Source: Octopus vulgaris
Lineage: Eukaryota
Direction of reading: 5' to 3'
Assembly: GCA_951406725.2 (NCBI GenBank)
Contig: OX597832.1
Span: 22,258,001 to 22,322,000 of the forward strand
DNA: 64,000 bases
This document shows, in pieces, positions 40,140 to 53,760 of this stretch; the stretch's first letter is position 1; each line of letters starts with the position of its first letter. The notes beneath the pieces are model-generated. The model ran no database searches and was not told the DNA's origin. It saw only the letters and a program-made list of their open reading frames with translations. The position numbers and the translations under genes were made by a program.

Positions 40140-40494
40140 GAAAAAAAGGGGACGATACGAGGACAGACAAAACAAACATCGAGGTCAGGGTATCGAATGA
40201 GACGAAACGTATGAAGAAGCAAACTATTAAAATATATACCATTAAATGAGAATGAGCGATGACAGAGAGTGACAGAGTAATACGATAGAATAGTGGAAGA
40301 AGAGGGAGTATATTGTTGTTCAATGCTTGAAATACGAGACTCGAAAAACAGCCGACAACTGACGAAGGGTCGTTCTTTATATTGTTTGTCTTGTTTTCCA
40401 TTTGTGTCTTTTGTTGTTCGAAAGAATAGTTCATGTTCCATGTACTCGTGCTTCGTACTTTTTTGTTGTACACGTTTCGTGACGTCCTGTGCCC
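40140..40494 (+). mobile_element. (CATA)n-associated element with swapped-order hammerhead core motif
   Basis: GAAA(40329)-26 nt-CTGACGA-AGGG; ends GTCCTGTGCCC. Confidence 0.6.
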
Positions 40495-40549
40495 ACATAC
40501 ATACATACATACATACATACATACATACATACATACATACATACATACA

Positions 40550-40583
<34 letters not shown>

Positions 40584-40637
40584 CATACATACATACATAT
40601 ATACATACATACATATATACATACATACATACATACG

Positions 40638-40671
<34 letters not shown>

Positions 40672-40677
40672 CATACA

Positions 40678-40711
<34 letters not shown>

Positions 40712-41009
40712 CATACATACATATATACATACATACATACATATATACATACATACATACATACATGCATACATACATACATACATACATACATACATAC
40801 ATACGCACGGTTGGCTTCTTTCGCTTTCCGTCTACGAATTTAACTTACAAACCCTACTACTGGCTGTCTCGGGGCTATAGTTGAAGACACTTGTGCCATG
40901 TGCCACTCAGTGGAACTGAAGCCGCAAGCATGTGTTTGAGAAGCAAAACCTATTAAGTGCAAAAGCAAATATCTATATCGGACCGACGAGGAATCCACTG
41001 CTATTCTAT

Positions 41010-41202
41010 CCAATCTATAGATTTAGATTTGTTACCGATAATTATTAGAGCACTTCGTTGCGTAAATAATTGTGTTGATAGTAATCTAAAGAAGCTGAGT
41101 TTCACAAAAGCAGAGAAAACACACCTAATCAGAAGATTGGAGATAGGAGCTATCAAAGGGCTTGTTAAAGTATGTAAAACATTCGAGGTGTTTGGGATGT
41201 AA
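41010..41202 (+). pseudogene. RLE-type LINE C-terminal remnant
   Basis: LLPIIIRAL...NLKKLSF...LIRRLEIGAIKGLVKVCKTF. Confidence 0.65.
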
Positions 41203-41307
41203 TCAGATCCACAAATGCAATGACGTCTACGCCTGCACTTCTCGCCTGTATGCATGCATGTATGTATAGTACGTATATATATATATATATATATATACGT
41301 ATATATG

Positions 41308-41361
<54 letters not shown>

Positions 41362-41364
<3 letters not shown>

Positions 41365-41623
41365 CTTTAAAAACCTACTTTGCTCTTGTTATCGTAAACT
41401 TCCGCCTTTCACCATGTGTAACTCGTAAACACCAGTCGTTTTTTTCTCTATCTCCTGTTGCCCGCTTTGGGATCTTTCTTTCCTCTCTCTTCCTTCTTTA
41501 TGTTTCTGACGAAGAGCTCCGCTCGAAACGTCATACCTTCCTGCTTCCATTTCCTGAGCGCCTATTAATAATAATACTGTAATTGTTCCATTGTTGTTGT
41601 TTTTTTGTTTTCCCGTTTGGATT

Positions 41624-41628
<5 letters not shown>
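41362..41628 (+). mobile_element. (TA)n-embedded element with canonical-core minimal hammerhead (41502-41536)
   Basis: GTTT-CTGACGA-A-GAGC-TCC-GCTC-GAAACGTC-ATAC. Confidence 0.8.
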
Positions 41629-41686
<58 letters not shown>

Positions 41687-41688
<2 letters not shown>

Positions 41689-41850
41689 CGCAGGAGTGGC
41701 TGTGTGGTAAGTGGCTTGTTTACCAACCACATGGTTCCGGGTTCAGACCCACTGCGTGGCACCTTGTGCAAGTGTCTTCTACTATAGCCTCGGGCCGGCC
41801 AAAGCCTTGTGAGTGAATTTGGTAGACGGAAACTGAAAGAAGCCCATCGA

Positions 41851-41932
<82 letters not shown>

Positions 41933-42148
41933 TTGTGTGTCTGTGTTTGTCCCTCCCAACATCGCTTGACAACCGATGCTGGTGTGTTTATGTCTCCGTA
42001 ACTTAGCGGTCCAGTAAAAGAGACCGATAGAATAAGTACTAGGCTTACAAAGAATAAGTCCGGAGGTCGATTTGATTCGACTAAAAGTGGTCCTCGAGCA
42101 TGGCCGCAATCAAATGACTGAAACAAGTAAAAGAGAAAAAGAGAGAGT
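41687..42148 (+). mobile_element. Family B SINE
   Basis: Full length; internal (CA)n(TA)n(TG)n. Confidence 0.88.
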
Positions 42149-42169
42149 ATATATTGTGGAGGCAATTTG

Positions 42170-42388
42170 ACCTCTTTGAAAGTCCAATAGATCTTTCATT
42201 TTAATGAATTTTAATTACCTTTTTCTGACGATATCTGACAAGAAACAACAATTTTAGCAAAACATATTAAACAACACCGATAATAAATCAAAAAACATAA
42301 AAACAAACAAGCTTCTGACGGTTTTATAGATATCTCAAAATTATGATGCTATGATGCTAGGTGTTTCCATTATTTTGTCCAACCCCTG
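42170..42388. mobile_element. Tc1-like terminal fragment
   Basis: Reverse complement TA-CAGGGGTTGGACAAAATAATGGAAACAC TIR. Confidence 0.6.
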
Positions 42389-42395
42389 TATATAT

Positions 42396-42442
<47 letters not shown>

Positions 42443-42444
<2 letters not shown>

Positions 42445-42670
42445 GTTCTTTCAACATGTGATCTCTTGAGCACCACCAGCTCAAATATTTTTTCTCTGTC
42501 TTCCCTTCTTGGGATCTTTCCTTCTCCTTGTTTCCGACGAAGAGCTTCGCTCGAAACGTTAAACCCTCCTTCCCTTCTTTCCTGAGCGTCAATAATACTT
42601 TAATTATTCCACGTCCTGCGTTGCTGTGTTTTTTTCTCTTTTTTCTGTGTTTTCTTGTTTGGATTAACTT
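42443..42670 (+). mobile_element. (TA)n-embedded hammerhead element (motif 42530-42564)
   Basis: GTTT-CCGACGA-A-GAGC-TTC-GCTC-GAAACGTT-AAAC; closely similar to 1983-2200. Confidence 0.78.
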
Positions 42671-42691
42671 TATATATATATATATATATAT

Positions 42692-43061
42692 ATATAATAA
42701 AAGGCTTCCAAATAAGGAAGCGTAGTGCTAGAAACACAAAAAGGGATAAATTCATGAAAGGAATGAAAATTAAAAACATTTACCATCTCAGCTATATCCC
42801 AGACCGAACAGTTTCTACCTATTTTTTGCTAAAAAGAGGTAGAAACCTTTCGGTCTGGGATATAGTTGAGATGGTAAATGTTTTTAATTTTCATTACTTT
42901 CATGAATTTATCCCTTTTTGTGTTTCTAGCACTACGCTTCCTAACTTGGAAGCCTTTTGTTATATTTCTATACGAAAAATATATAGTCTAATGACTAACT
43001 CGTCTTTTGTGCTAGGCCACTGGTAATAATAATTTATTTTATTACCCTATTTGATTATGTT
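42692..43061. mobile_element. About 270-bp near-perfect palindrome plus unique tail in (TA)n
   Basis: Arms 42692-42827 and 42831-42965 around GCT. Confidence 0.9.
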
Positions 43062-43589
43062 TATATATATATATATATATATATATATGGTCATACTTGA
43101 ATGTTCATCGTCTGAAAAATTTCAGTCATTGCTTTCTCTCTATTTACATGTTTGAACCTTTGCATAGAGCAATTTCAATCCAGTAATCTTTAAAATGTAT
43201 AAATACACTTTTATTCCACATCTCCCTTGCATTTATAAGGATTTAGGCAGCAGAAATACTGAAGTCTGAATCTAGTGTCACTCGTGATTATAAGTCTTAA
43301 AAGCCCATAACTCCGAAACTACTTCAACTAGAAAGCTGAAATTTCAGATATACTATTTCGGCATTGCATTGAGTCAGTATACGAAGTTTGGTAGAAACTT
43401 GAGCTGGCGTTATGAACCCCGCCCCACCTAGAATTTTGCATGATTTGGATCAAAAGTGGTGATCGATTTCTTAAGTTGGGGGTTGACGTTTTATTCAAAT
43501 AAGCAAAATAAATGTCAGTTTTGTGACTTTTATGAAATCATTAATCGAATTACAGTATAGGGTTATTAGGTTGTGATAAAATCATAACA

Positions 43590-43707
<118 letters not shown>

Positions 43708-43839
43708 CAAATGCATGCTGTGCGTCTGCGTGCTAGTGTGTTTTTGTTCAGAGAGAGAGAGAATTTAATATCTGGGCCAAATGGAACTTCTAGATACCAC
43801 CCCAGCCAGCTATTCTGCATACATTACCCTGAATCTGTC

Positions 43840-43854
43840 CATCCACCCATCCAC

Positions 43855-43910
<56 letters not shown>

Positions 43911-44410
43911 GTTTATCTATCTGTCCTCAACCCATCCATTCCTCCATCCATCCATTCATCCATCTATCCATGCGTCCATGCATCTACCCTTCTCTCTCTC
44001 TCTCTCTTTCTTTTCTTCTCTCACTTTCTCTCTCTCCATCCGCCCGTCCGTCCGTCCGTTCGTCCTTCCCTCCCTACCTCCACCATCCCACCCTCCATCC
44101 CTGCATCCACCTCCCTTTCTTTTCTTCTTCCTCTTCCCCCCTCTCTTTCTCGCTCTTCATCCATCCATCCATCCATTATTCCCTCCATCATCCATCCATC
44201 CACCTCTCTCTCTCTCACTCTATCTATCTTTTTTCTTTTCTTTTTTTCTCCCTCTCTCCCTATTTCTCGCTCTCCACTCATCCATCCATCCATCCATCCA
44301 TCAATCTCTCCATCATCCATCCACCTCTCTCTCTCACACTCTATCTATCTCTCTTTCTTTTTCTCCCCCCTCTCTCTTTCTCGCTCTCCATCAATCCATC
44401 CATCCATCCA
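43840..44410. repeat. Pyrimidine-rich (CT)n/(CCAT)n compound repeat
   Basis: Seen directly. Confidence 0.9.
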
Positions 44411-45025
44411 TGTTCATTGTTAAGTCTTCCGAAATACATGTTAATAAGCATTTACGTACGTGCCGATAAGTATCAAAGAAATATTTCGTTCCTCTCACAT
44501 AAGACCTGTTTTCCAGTTACATAATGGCTACTCCTTCCGCTGCTGATGTTGTTGTTCTCATTGTTCTGGCTATTCTCATTGTTATTGTCATTGTTATTTA
44601 TTTTTTATTGTTATTGTTGTTATTACCATCTTAACGATCCTGTTCAACATAAGTTGTGTTCTTAATTTCTGCCGAAATACATTCCACCCCCGCTCCTTCC
44701 GTCAGTCTTTGAAGAATTTCTTATCCGTTACTATTAGAAGAAATAATCTACTCCATTCTCTACCAAAGCCGTTCCTACTTAACACCCCTTCCTCAACCCG
44801 CACATCTGAAAAACCTATCTACAAAGCGAGATTACCGCAACAACACGGAATGTACTGATAGCCGTCACTGGCGAACGAATGCGACTTGGTACAGAGCTCG
44901 ATAAAACTCCCTCCTTTCCGGTAACACTGGGACCAGAGATATGCCGGATAACGACATTTTCCGGATATCTGATCGCCACTTTTTAATTGAACATAACACT
45001 TCACGAAACTCATTAATAGTGTGGG

Positions 45026-45057
<32 letters not shown>

Positions 45058-45163
45058 TGTATGTATGTATGTATGTATGTATGTATGTATGTATGTATGT
45101 ATGTATGTATGTACGTACTTAGGCACGTACGTATCTATCTGTATGTCTGTCTGTCCGTCTGTA

Positions 45164-45194
<31 letters not shown>

Positions 45195-45203
45195 ATATAT
45201 ATA

Positions 45204-45251
<48 letters not shown>

Positions 45252-45320
45252 AATCTATCTATCTGTCTGTCTGTCTGTCTGTCAGTCTGTCTGTCCGTCC
45301 GTCCGTCCGTCCGTCCGTCC

Positions 45321-45360
<40 letters not shown>

Positions 45361-45366
45361 CACAAC

Positions 45367-45772
45367 CATGCTTAGCGGTATTTCGTCTGTCTGTGTTCTG
45401 AGTTCAAATTCCGCAGAGGTCGACTTTGCCTTTCATCCTTACTGGGTCGATAAATTAAGTACCAGTTGCGTACTGGGGTCGCTCTAATCGACTGCTCCCC
45501 CCACCCCCAAATTTCAGGCCTTGTGCCTAGAGTAGAAAAGAATATTTTCCGCTATAAGGCGGCGAGCTGACAGAAACTTTAGCACGCCGGGCGAAATGCT
45601 TAGAGATATTTCGCCTGTCCTTACGTTCTGAGTTCAAATTCAGCCGAAGTCGAATTTGCCTTTCATCTTTTCGCAGTCGATAAATTAAGTACCAGTTGCG
45701 TACTGGGGTCAATCTAATCAACTAGCCCCTCCCCACAAAATTTCTGGCCTTGTGCCTAGAGTAGAAAAGAAT
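45367..45772 (+). mobile_element. Two family A SINEs (alternative tail) in tandem
   Basis: Nin-like domain with tail GGCCTTGTGCCTAGAGTAGAAAAG. Confidence 0.85.
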
Positions 45773-45957
45773 ATTTTTCCGTTATAGGCATAAGACCTGA
45801 AATTATGCATACCTCGTATTTATCTGATCGATCCTGAAAGAATGAAAGAAAAATGTCGATCATGGCAGAAGTTGAAGTTAGAACGTACAGAACCGGAAGA
45901 AATACCGCGAAGCATTTTTTACGCCGTACTAACGATTCTTCCGGCTCGTGGCTTTTA

Positions 45958-46523
45958 TTGGGTTGTCCGGAAAGTTCGTGCCGATTTATAGTAGCTTACC
46001 TTTCGACTTATTTTAGAACATGGTTGAGTCCATAAAATAGGATTTGACTACACCTCCATTTAGAGCACAGTTTAAACTATCTTTTATTGGAAGACGGTTT
46101 ATGTTCCTTTAACCTGTGTTAATTCTGTAACCCTTTAAAATGGAAGATAAGGAAGTTCATTTTCGGCACTTGATGCTTTGGGAACCAGACAAAAATTGCT
46201 GCAGCTCGGCTGGAATGTGTTACCCCGCCCTCCATATTCACCAGATATTGCTCCTTCGGATTTCCACTTATTCAGGTCTCTGCAGAATAGTCTTAATGGT
46301 AAAAATTTCAATTCCTTGGATGACGTAAAATGATACCTTGATGAATTCTTTGCCATGAAACCACCTCAATTCTGGGAAGAGGGTATTTTCAAGTTAAAGG
46401 AAAGATGGAGACGCATTGTGTAACAAAATAGTTCATATTTGGTTGATTAAAAATGTAATGGCAGGTATTTATTGACCTTTGTCTTTCTTTTAAAAACCTG
46501 CACGGACTTTCCGGACAACCCAC
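45958..46523 (+). mobile_element. Internally deleted mariner with both TIRs
   Basis: TIR TTGGGTTGTCCGGAAAG/CTTTCCGGACAACCCA, TA flanks; MEDKEVHFRHLMLWE joined to TRQKLLQLGWNVLPRPPYSPDIAPSDFHLFRSLQN, with stops. Confidence 0.93.
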
Positions 46524-46852
46524 TATAGTTATAATCCCTTCTACTATAGGCACAAGGCCTGAAATTTTGTGGGAGAGGGTCTAGTCGATTACATTTTCCC
46601 CAGTGCTTAACGGGTACTTATTTTATCGATTCCGAAAGGGTAAAGTCGACCCCAACGGGTATTGAACTCAAAATGTAAAGAACTGAAAGAAATAGTGCAG
46701 AGTATTTTGACCGATGCACTAACGATTCTGCCAGCTCGCCGCCCTCACCTTTCCTTCTTTGATGCTAAACACATGGCATTTTTATGTACGTATTTCACTG
46801 TGTACGCATGTGTGTACGTGTGTGTGTATGCATCTGTGTGTCTGTGTGTGTA

Positions 46853-46883
<31 letters not shown>

Positions 46884-48388
46884 CTGTGTGTTTGTGTAGG
46901 GCGGAGGAGAAGTATGCGAAATGTCTATTTATTGACGTCAGTGTTTAGCCAATTGTTTGAAAGCAAAGAATGGGAGATTTACTGCCGATAGATTTTCCCA
47001 TTTTTAGTTTTCGCTGCTGTTCTTAAAACGTCAATGGAATACCAGATGCTTCTACGCGCATGCGTATATGAGTACACGTATGATATTTTATTTGTTTATT
47101 CATACGTACATACTCATGCATCCATACAAGAATCCAAACTTGTATCATTCATAACATTACCAAGGACAGGAAAAGAAGAAAAGGACGGATTTTGGACGGC
47201 TACTTCCTTGGCACTCGAGTCACATTCCTAGGGTCTCCCCCGCACACCCATACACACACTACCATAAACCTAGACCTCTTTCTACTGCAAATTCAAAACA
47301 ACTATTTCACAAAAAAAAACTTAAATTAGTTCGGTGTAGGCGTGGCTGTGTGGTAAGAAGCTTGCTTCCGAACCACATAATTCCGGGTTCAGTCCCACTG
47401 CCTGACGCTTTGGACAAGAGTCTTCTACTATAGCCTTGGACTGACCGAAGCCTTGCGAGTAAGTTTGGCAGATGGAAACTGAAAGGAGCCCGAGGTCGAT
47501 TTTGTCTCTCATCCTTTCGGGGTCGATAAATTAAGTACCAGTTACGCACTGCAGTCGATGTAATCGACGACTTAATCCCTTTGTCTGTCCTTGTTTGTCC
47601 CCTCTATGTTTAGCACCTTGTGAACAATAAAGAAAAAAAAAAACTGAAAGAAGCGCGTGGTGTTTTTGACTTGAAAAATTTTTTTGTTTACTTTCGGTGG
47701 AAGGAAAAAGAGAAGAGCATCTATGCTTTATAATTAGATCTTTTATTATTACCAGAATATCCGTGGATGCTCCCATTCCAGCCTTATTAGGCCTCGTCAG
47801 ATTAGTTCAATATATTAATTGAAGATAATATTTCAAGATATTAAAGTTTCTTTTCTTTTCTTATATCGTTAAACCAAAAGAGAAACTTCTATATACTAAG
47901 CGAGCAATCAATTGGTGACCCCTTGATCTTGTATGAATTTCTATTGTATAATATAATTTGTCCCCACACGCACAGATGATGCGCTGGAACAGCTGTAAGC
48001 TATTGAACTGGATATAGTAAATATTTCCCGCAGATCAGCAGTGGGATAAAATGTAATGTCGAAGAGGGCTGGCAGGAATTGAACTCGGTTGTTAATCAGT
48101 GAAATCAGTTCCTTCTCAGAGGGTCACCATCTGTGCCTCCCTTACAAACCTGATAATAATCCTTTCTACTATGGACACAAGGCCTGAAATCTTGTGTGAA
48201 TGGGGCTAGTCGGTTACATCGACCCCCACCGCCAGTACTTAATTGGTACTTATTTCATCTACTTCGAAAAGATGAAAAGCGAAGTCGACCCCGGCGGAAT
48301 TTGAACTCAGCACGTAAAGAGCCAAAAGGAAAGCCGTGAAACACTTAGTTCGGTGTGTGCTAACGAGTCTGCCAACTCGCCACCTTAA

Positions 48389-48456
<68 letters not shown>

Positions 48457-48457
<1 letters not shown>

Positions 48458-49168
48458 TACCGAAATTACCAAAAACATGTAATGAAAAGAAATATTACAA
48501 GTAACTGCAGAATATGTGGAGATGGACAAGAAACAATAAATCATATTATCTCTAGCTGCCCAGTCCTGGCTAAAAAGGAATATATTCACAGACATGACAG
48601 AGTTGGAACCTACATACATTGGAAGCTATGCCAACATTATGGAATAACAACAGAAAAAAGATGGTATAGGCACACACCAGAAAAGGTCACAGAAAACGAG
48701 AAAGCAACCATACTCTGGGATATGCCGATACACACAGATAGAGAAATTAAGGCCAACAGACCAGATATAGTTGTCAGAGACCATGAAGAAAAAAATGCTT
48801 TCTAATTGATGTATCAATACCGGCTGATGACAACGTGTCTCTAAAAGAAATGGAGAAACTCTCAAAATACAAAGACCTGGAAATAGAGGTAACTAGAATG
48901 TGGAATCTGAAAACAGAAACAATTCCTATCATAGTAGGTGCATTAGGCATGATAAAAAAATATTCAGACAAATACATAACAAAAACACCAGGACTTACAG
49001 ACACATATAATATACAGAAAATTGCACTACTAGGCACTGCACACATCCTACGCAGAACACTTTCCATACAATAACCATCAGAGCATCACAACAAATCACA
49101 GCACATACCCAAGGCACACAGAGCTGCGCTCGGTAGTGAAGTGAAAGCACGCTATAAAAATAAAACTA

Positions 49169-49172
<4 letters not shown>
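48457..49172 (+). pseudogene. 5'-truncated R4/Dong LINE (CCHC knuckle and restriction-like endonuclease) in (TAA)n
   Basis: CRIC...ETINHIISSC, RHD, RPDIVV..LIDVSIP, KYKDL, PIIVGALG; one frameshift in A-run 48789-48795; (AAT)n on both sides. Confidence 0.93.
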
Positions 49173-49247
<75 letters not shown>

Positions 49248-49248
<1 letters not shown>

Positions 49249-49445
49249 TCTCAAGTTTTAAAAGAAACATAATTTTCGTATGTTTTTTTTTAGACATTCA
49301 CTAAAACAACACTAAAAAACAAAACCAAGTATATGGCACACTAGGCATAACAACAACATGAACTTCCAACCTGTTGTCTCTTGGGGTCTCTGGGTGAGAC
49401 TTGGAGCCAACTTGTACAAATATAAAGCAAAAAGTCAAACATAGA
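49248..49445 (+). mobile_element. Probable Dong-type 3'UTR fragment
   Basis: Lies between (AAT)n tracts and ends in an AAT tail. Confidence 0.45.
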
Positions 49446-50189
49446 ATAATAATAATAATAATAATCTTTTCTACTATAGGCACGATACCAGAAATTTTAG
49501 GAGAAGGGGATTACATCAACCTCAGTATTCAACTGGTACATATTTTATTGACCTCGAAGGAATGAAGGACAAGGTTGACCTTGGTGGAATTTGAACTTAG
49601 AACGTAGAGATAGACGAAATGTCTCTAAGTATTTCGTCCATATTTATGTTCTGAGTCTGTGGTACGAATTATTCTACCGCTTCATAATCGTAATAATGGT
49701 TTACCAAGTTTGGCACAAGGCCAATAGAAATGGGTGTTAGTTGCATGACAGTATATTTTACGATTTCGAAATAACAAAGGACTAACGTTCAACAAAGATT
49801 CATATTATATATATCTTTGAGAGCATTAATAAAGATCGTTGATTAGTTATCATTAGATATGTTCATGACACATCATGTAAGAAGCAAATCAATTCGATAA
49901 ATGTTTTCCCAGTGCAGCAGAGGAAGGAAGATTGCTAGACTTTCACTAATGAAATTATTGATATCTGGCGCCGAGACGAAAGAATTAGTATTCATTCTAT
50001 ACTGTTTGTGTGAAAAATAATAAGTGTTAAACTTTACTTTAATTTTAATTCACCAGAAGAAACGTCTTTCTTTTTCTTTTTTACATGAGGTTACAGATTT
50101 ACAGATTTGGTCATCTATAAAAAAAATACGTTTGGAACAGCTGTAGCGAACATCAGCCCATCCATGTTATTATTCATAGTCGATAACGT

Positions 50190-51258
50190 ATATAGTAAGT
50201 TTAAGAATATGCTTTATTGTTTCTTCTCCATCACCACATACTCTTCAGTCACTTGTGTTTCTTTTCATTATGTGCTTTCCGTGATTTCTGGTGGGAAGGA
50301 TTTGATCTTGTGCTGCAGTTCAAAATCCTTCAGTCTCAATCATTGTTGGGATTTTGCTTTGTCTATTTCTTTTCTGTTAGCTTAACCCGATATTAATCGT
50401 GTAGATGCTTTTCTTGCCATTGTTTTATCATGATATGCTGTTGTTCAAGTTTTAGTTTAAATTTCAGCTGTTTTACAGCTTTTGTTGTTTCTTTTTTTTC
50501 TTCATAGTTGTCAGGGACTTTGACTTCTTTTTTGTATTTTTCCGCTTTCTTAAAGACAGAAAACAGTTTTTTGTTTTGCTCGTGTTTTGTGGCTTTTTAT
50601 ATCAGTTTTCATTGCTTCTGAAGTAGATATTGCTCTAGTCCTATGGTGGTTATTTTGTAATAGTTTTCTAGCTGTATAAGGCCTCTTCCATACGTTCTAC
50701 CACCTTCCATACGTTGTATATATATAACCTTTCTATGTCTAATTTTGGGTGCTGCATCTTAAATCATGTCATTATTTTTCTTGCTTTCCTGGCTATTTTG
50801 ATTAGTTCATTTAGAGTCCAGTTAAGAATATTGTAGCTGTAACTTATAACTGGGACGACTAAAGTGTTGATACATATTATCTTGTTTTTCGCATTGAGCG
50901 CTGTTTTCAGTATTAATCTAACTCGTCTATAATATTCCTTTCTTATCTTCTCTTTCATTTGTGTGTGTTGTATCGTATCCAGTTCATTGATTCCTAAGTA
51001 TTTCTATGTCTGGTTTTGGTCTAATTCTCTTATTTCATTTGCTTTATGTTGTTGTTACTCTTAACTAGTTTTCCTCTTTTCAAGGTTGCTTTGGCACATT
51101 TTTCTAATCCAAATTTCATGCTTATTTCTTTAGTGAATACATGTACTCTCTGTAGTAGTGCTTTCAGCTGGTAATCATTTGTAGCGTACAGTTTTGGACA
51201 ATCCATATACAAGAGATCGTTGATTATATTGCCGTCACAGTTGTATCCACATCCGGTT
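50190..51258 (-). pseudogene. R4/Dong LINE reverse transcriptase remnant
   Basis: INDLLYMDCPKLYA..MKFGLEKCAK; EYYRRVRLILKTALNAKNKI..INTLVVPVISYS; decayed. Confidence 0.88.
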
Positions 51259-51264
51259 CTGTTT

Positions 51265-51299
<35 letters not shown>

Positions 51300-51859
51300 T
51301 ATTATTATTATTATTATTATTATTGTTGTTGTTGTTGTTGTTGTTGGTTGTTTTGTTGTTACTGTTGCTGTTGTTGCTCTTGTTGTTGTTTGGCGATGGA
51401 CTGTCATTCGTTCTAGGCCCTTACGTTCTGATTTCAAACCCTATGGCAGCCAACTTTGCTTTTACTTCTTTCGGAACCAATCAAATTAAGTACCAGTCAA
51501 GTACCGGAGTCGATCTGCTCGACTAACCGCCTCTCAGTAAAATTGCTGGCCTTGTGCCAAATTTTGGAATTCATAAGGCGGCGGCGGCGGCGGCGAAGAG
51601 GCAGAACCGTTACCGAACCGGATTAAATGCCTGGAGGTATTTCTTCCGGTTCTTTACATTCTGACTTCAAATCTTGCAGAGTTCAGCTTAACCTATCATC
51701 CTTTCAAGATGGATAAAATTGAGTACAAGTAAAATACTGGGATCAATGTAATCAACTACCCCTCTTTTCCTGAAGAAATTGCTGGCTTTATGCCAAAATT
51801 TGAAGCCGTTATTATTACATAAGCTCTTTGTCTTTATCTCTTTTAGATGTTACTCTTTC

Positions 51860-52225
51860 AGACGAACGGATTAAGTCGATTATATCGACCCCAGTGCGTA
51901 ACTGGTAATTAGTTTATCGACCCCGAAAGGATGAAAGGCAAAGTCGACCTCGGCGGCATTTGAACTCAGAACTTAACGGCAGACGAAATACCTATTTCTT
52001 TACTACCTACAAGGGTCTAAACACAGAGGGGACAAACAAGGACAGACAAACGGATTATGTCGATTATATCGACCCCAGTGCGTAACTGGTACTTATTTAA
52101 TCGACCCCGAAAGGATGAAAGACAAAGCCGACCACGACGGAATTTGAACTCAGAACGTAACGGCAGACGAAATACGGCTAAGCATTTCACCCGGCGTGCT
52201 AACAATTCTGCCAGCTCGCCGCCTT
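51860..52225 (-). mobile_element. Family A SINE dimer
   Basis: Same unit and junction. Confidence 0.85.
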
Positions 52226-52699
52226 TCTGCCAGATCGCACAATCCTATATATTCTTTTAACAGGAAATCCAATCGCGACCATCCTATAGTTTAGTACCTA
52301 AGACAAGAATGGTACAACGTGTCCTCCATTTTTTTAAAGACAACGAAATAGAATTTTAAAAATCCGGCTGCTATCTCTAGCAGACCGACAGGCTGCATAT
52401 AGGATTCCTCGTTGGCTGTGAAGTTTACTGTTTGGTAGAGGACAAGGAATTTCTTTTATAGAATGGAATTCTGTATTTACGGGTTTGGGGAGATGCTGTT
52501 CAAATGGTATTAACAGCCTCATTCAGGCTTTCTGCTTGATGAAGTGTCATTGATCTGTATTGATTTTTATTGATCCGTATTGATTTTACATCGAAGAAAA
52601 ATCCGGCAAATAAATTGAAAAATGGCGGGCTGGAAAAGAAATAGCGAGCAGGTGATTGCTGATGGCAGGTTGAGAAAGGGACAGGTATTGGGGGGGGGA

Positions 52700-53432
52700 T
52701 GGGGAGAGAGAGATAGGGAAATATAGAGAGGGGAAAGAGGGAGAGAAATAAGGAAATAGAGAGAGGAGAAAGAGAGGGAGAAAGAGGGAGAGAGATAGGG
52801 AAATAGAGAGAGGGAAAGAGAGAGAGATAGGGAAATAGAGGGGGAGAAAGAAGGAGAGAGATAGGGAAATAGAGAGAGGGAGAAAGAGGGAGAGATAGGG
52901 AAATAGAGAGAGGGAGAAAGAGGGAGAGAGATAGGGAAATAGAGAGAGGAGGAAAGAGGGAGAGATGGAGGGAGAAAAGGGAGAGAGAGGGGGAAAGAGA
53001 GAGAGATGGAGGGAGAGAGAGGGGGAAAGAGAGAGAGATGGAGGGAGAAAAGGGAGAGAGAGGAGTAGGGGTAGGGTGAGAGAGTGAAAGCATAAAAAGA
53101 GATAGTGGAAGAGAGAGAGGGAGAGAGACAAATAGGAAGAGGGATATAGAGAGAGTGGAAGAGAAGAGAATGAGAGACATGAAAGAAAGGGAAAAGGAAA
53201 GACAAAAAGAGGGAAAGAGAAAAGGAGAGATTGAGAGGGTGAGTGGGAGGAAAAGAGGAACAAAAGTAAATGAGTAAATGTGAGAAAGCAGAGAGAAAGC
53301 AGAGAGAGAGACAGACAGACAGACAGAGAGAGACAGACAGACAGTGATAGACAGACTGAGAGACAGATAAGGGAGAGAGAATAAATGACAGATGGTGAGA
53401 TAGTGGGGCAGAGTGAAATAGTGTGTGTGTGT

Positions 53433-53486
<54 letters not shown>

Positions 53487-53760
53487 GAGATTGAGAGAAA
53501 GGGAAAATCAAAAAAAGTAAGAAGAGAAAGAAAGAGAGAGAGAGAAAAAGGAAAACAGATAGAGAGAAAGAGAAAATGAGTGAAAGCAAGAAAAAAGAGG
53601 GAGAGAGAAAGAGAGAGAGAGAGAGAAAGAAAGAGAGAGAGATAAGGGCAGGGACAAATTGAGTGAGAGAGAGAGAGAGAGGGAGAGCGAAAGAGAAAAA
53701 TGTAAGGAAGAAAAGCGAGAGAGACGGAGAGAGAATGAGAGAAAGAGAGAGAGAGAGGAT
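52700..53760. repeat. About 1-kb GA-rich purine tract and minisatellite
   Basis: Units GAGAGATAGGGAAATAGAGAGAGG. Confidence 0.9.

Noticed and set aside
44800-45015. Unique GC-richer segment as a coding exon
   Set aside because: No recognisable protein similarity or convincing splice pair
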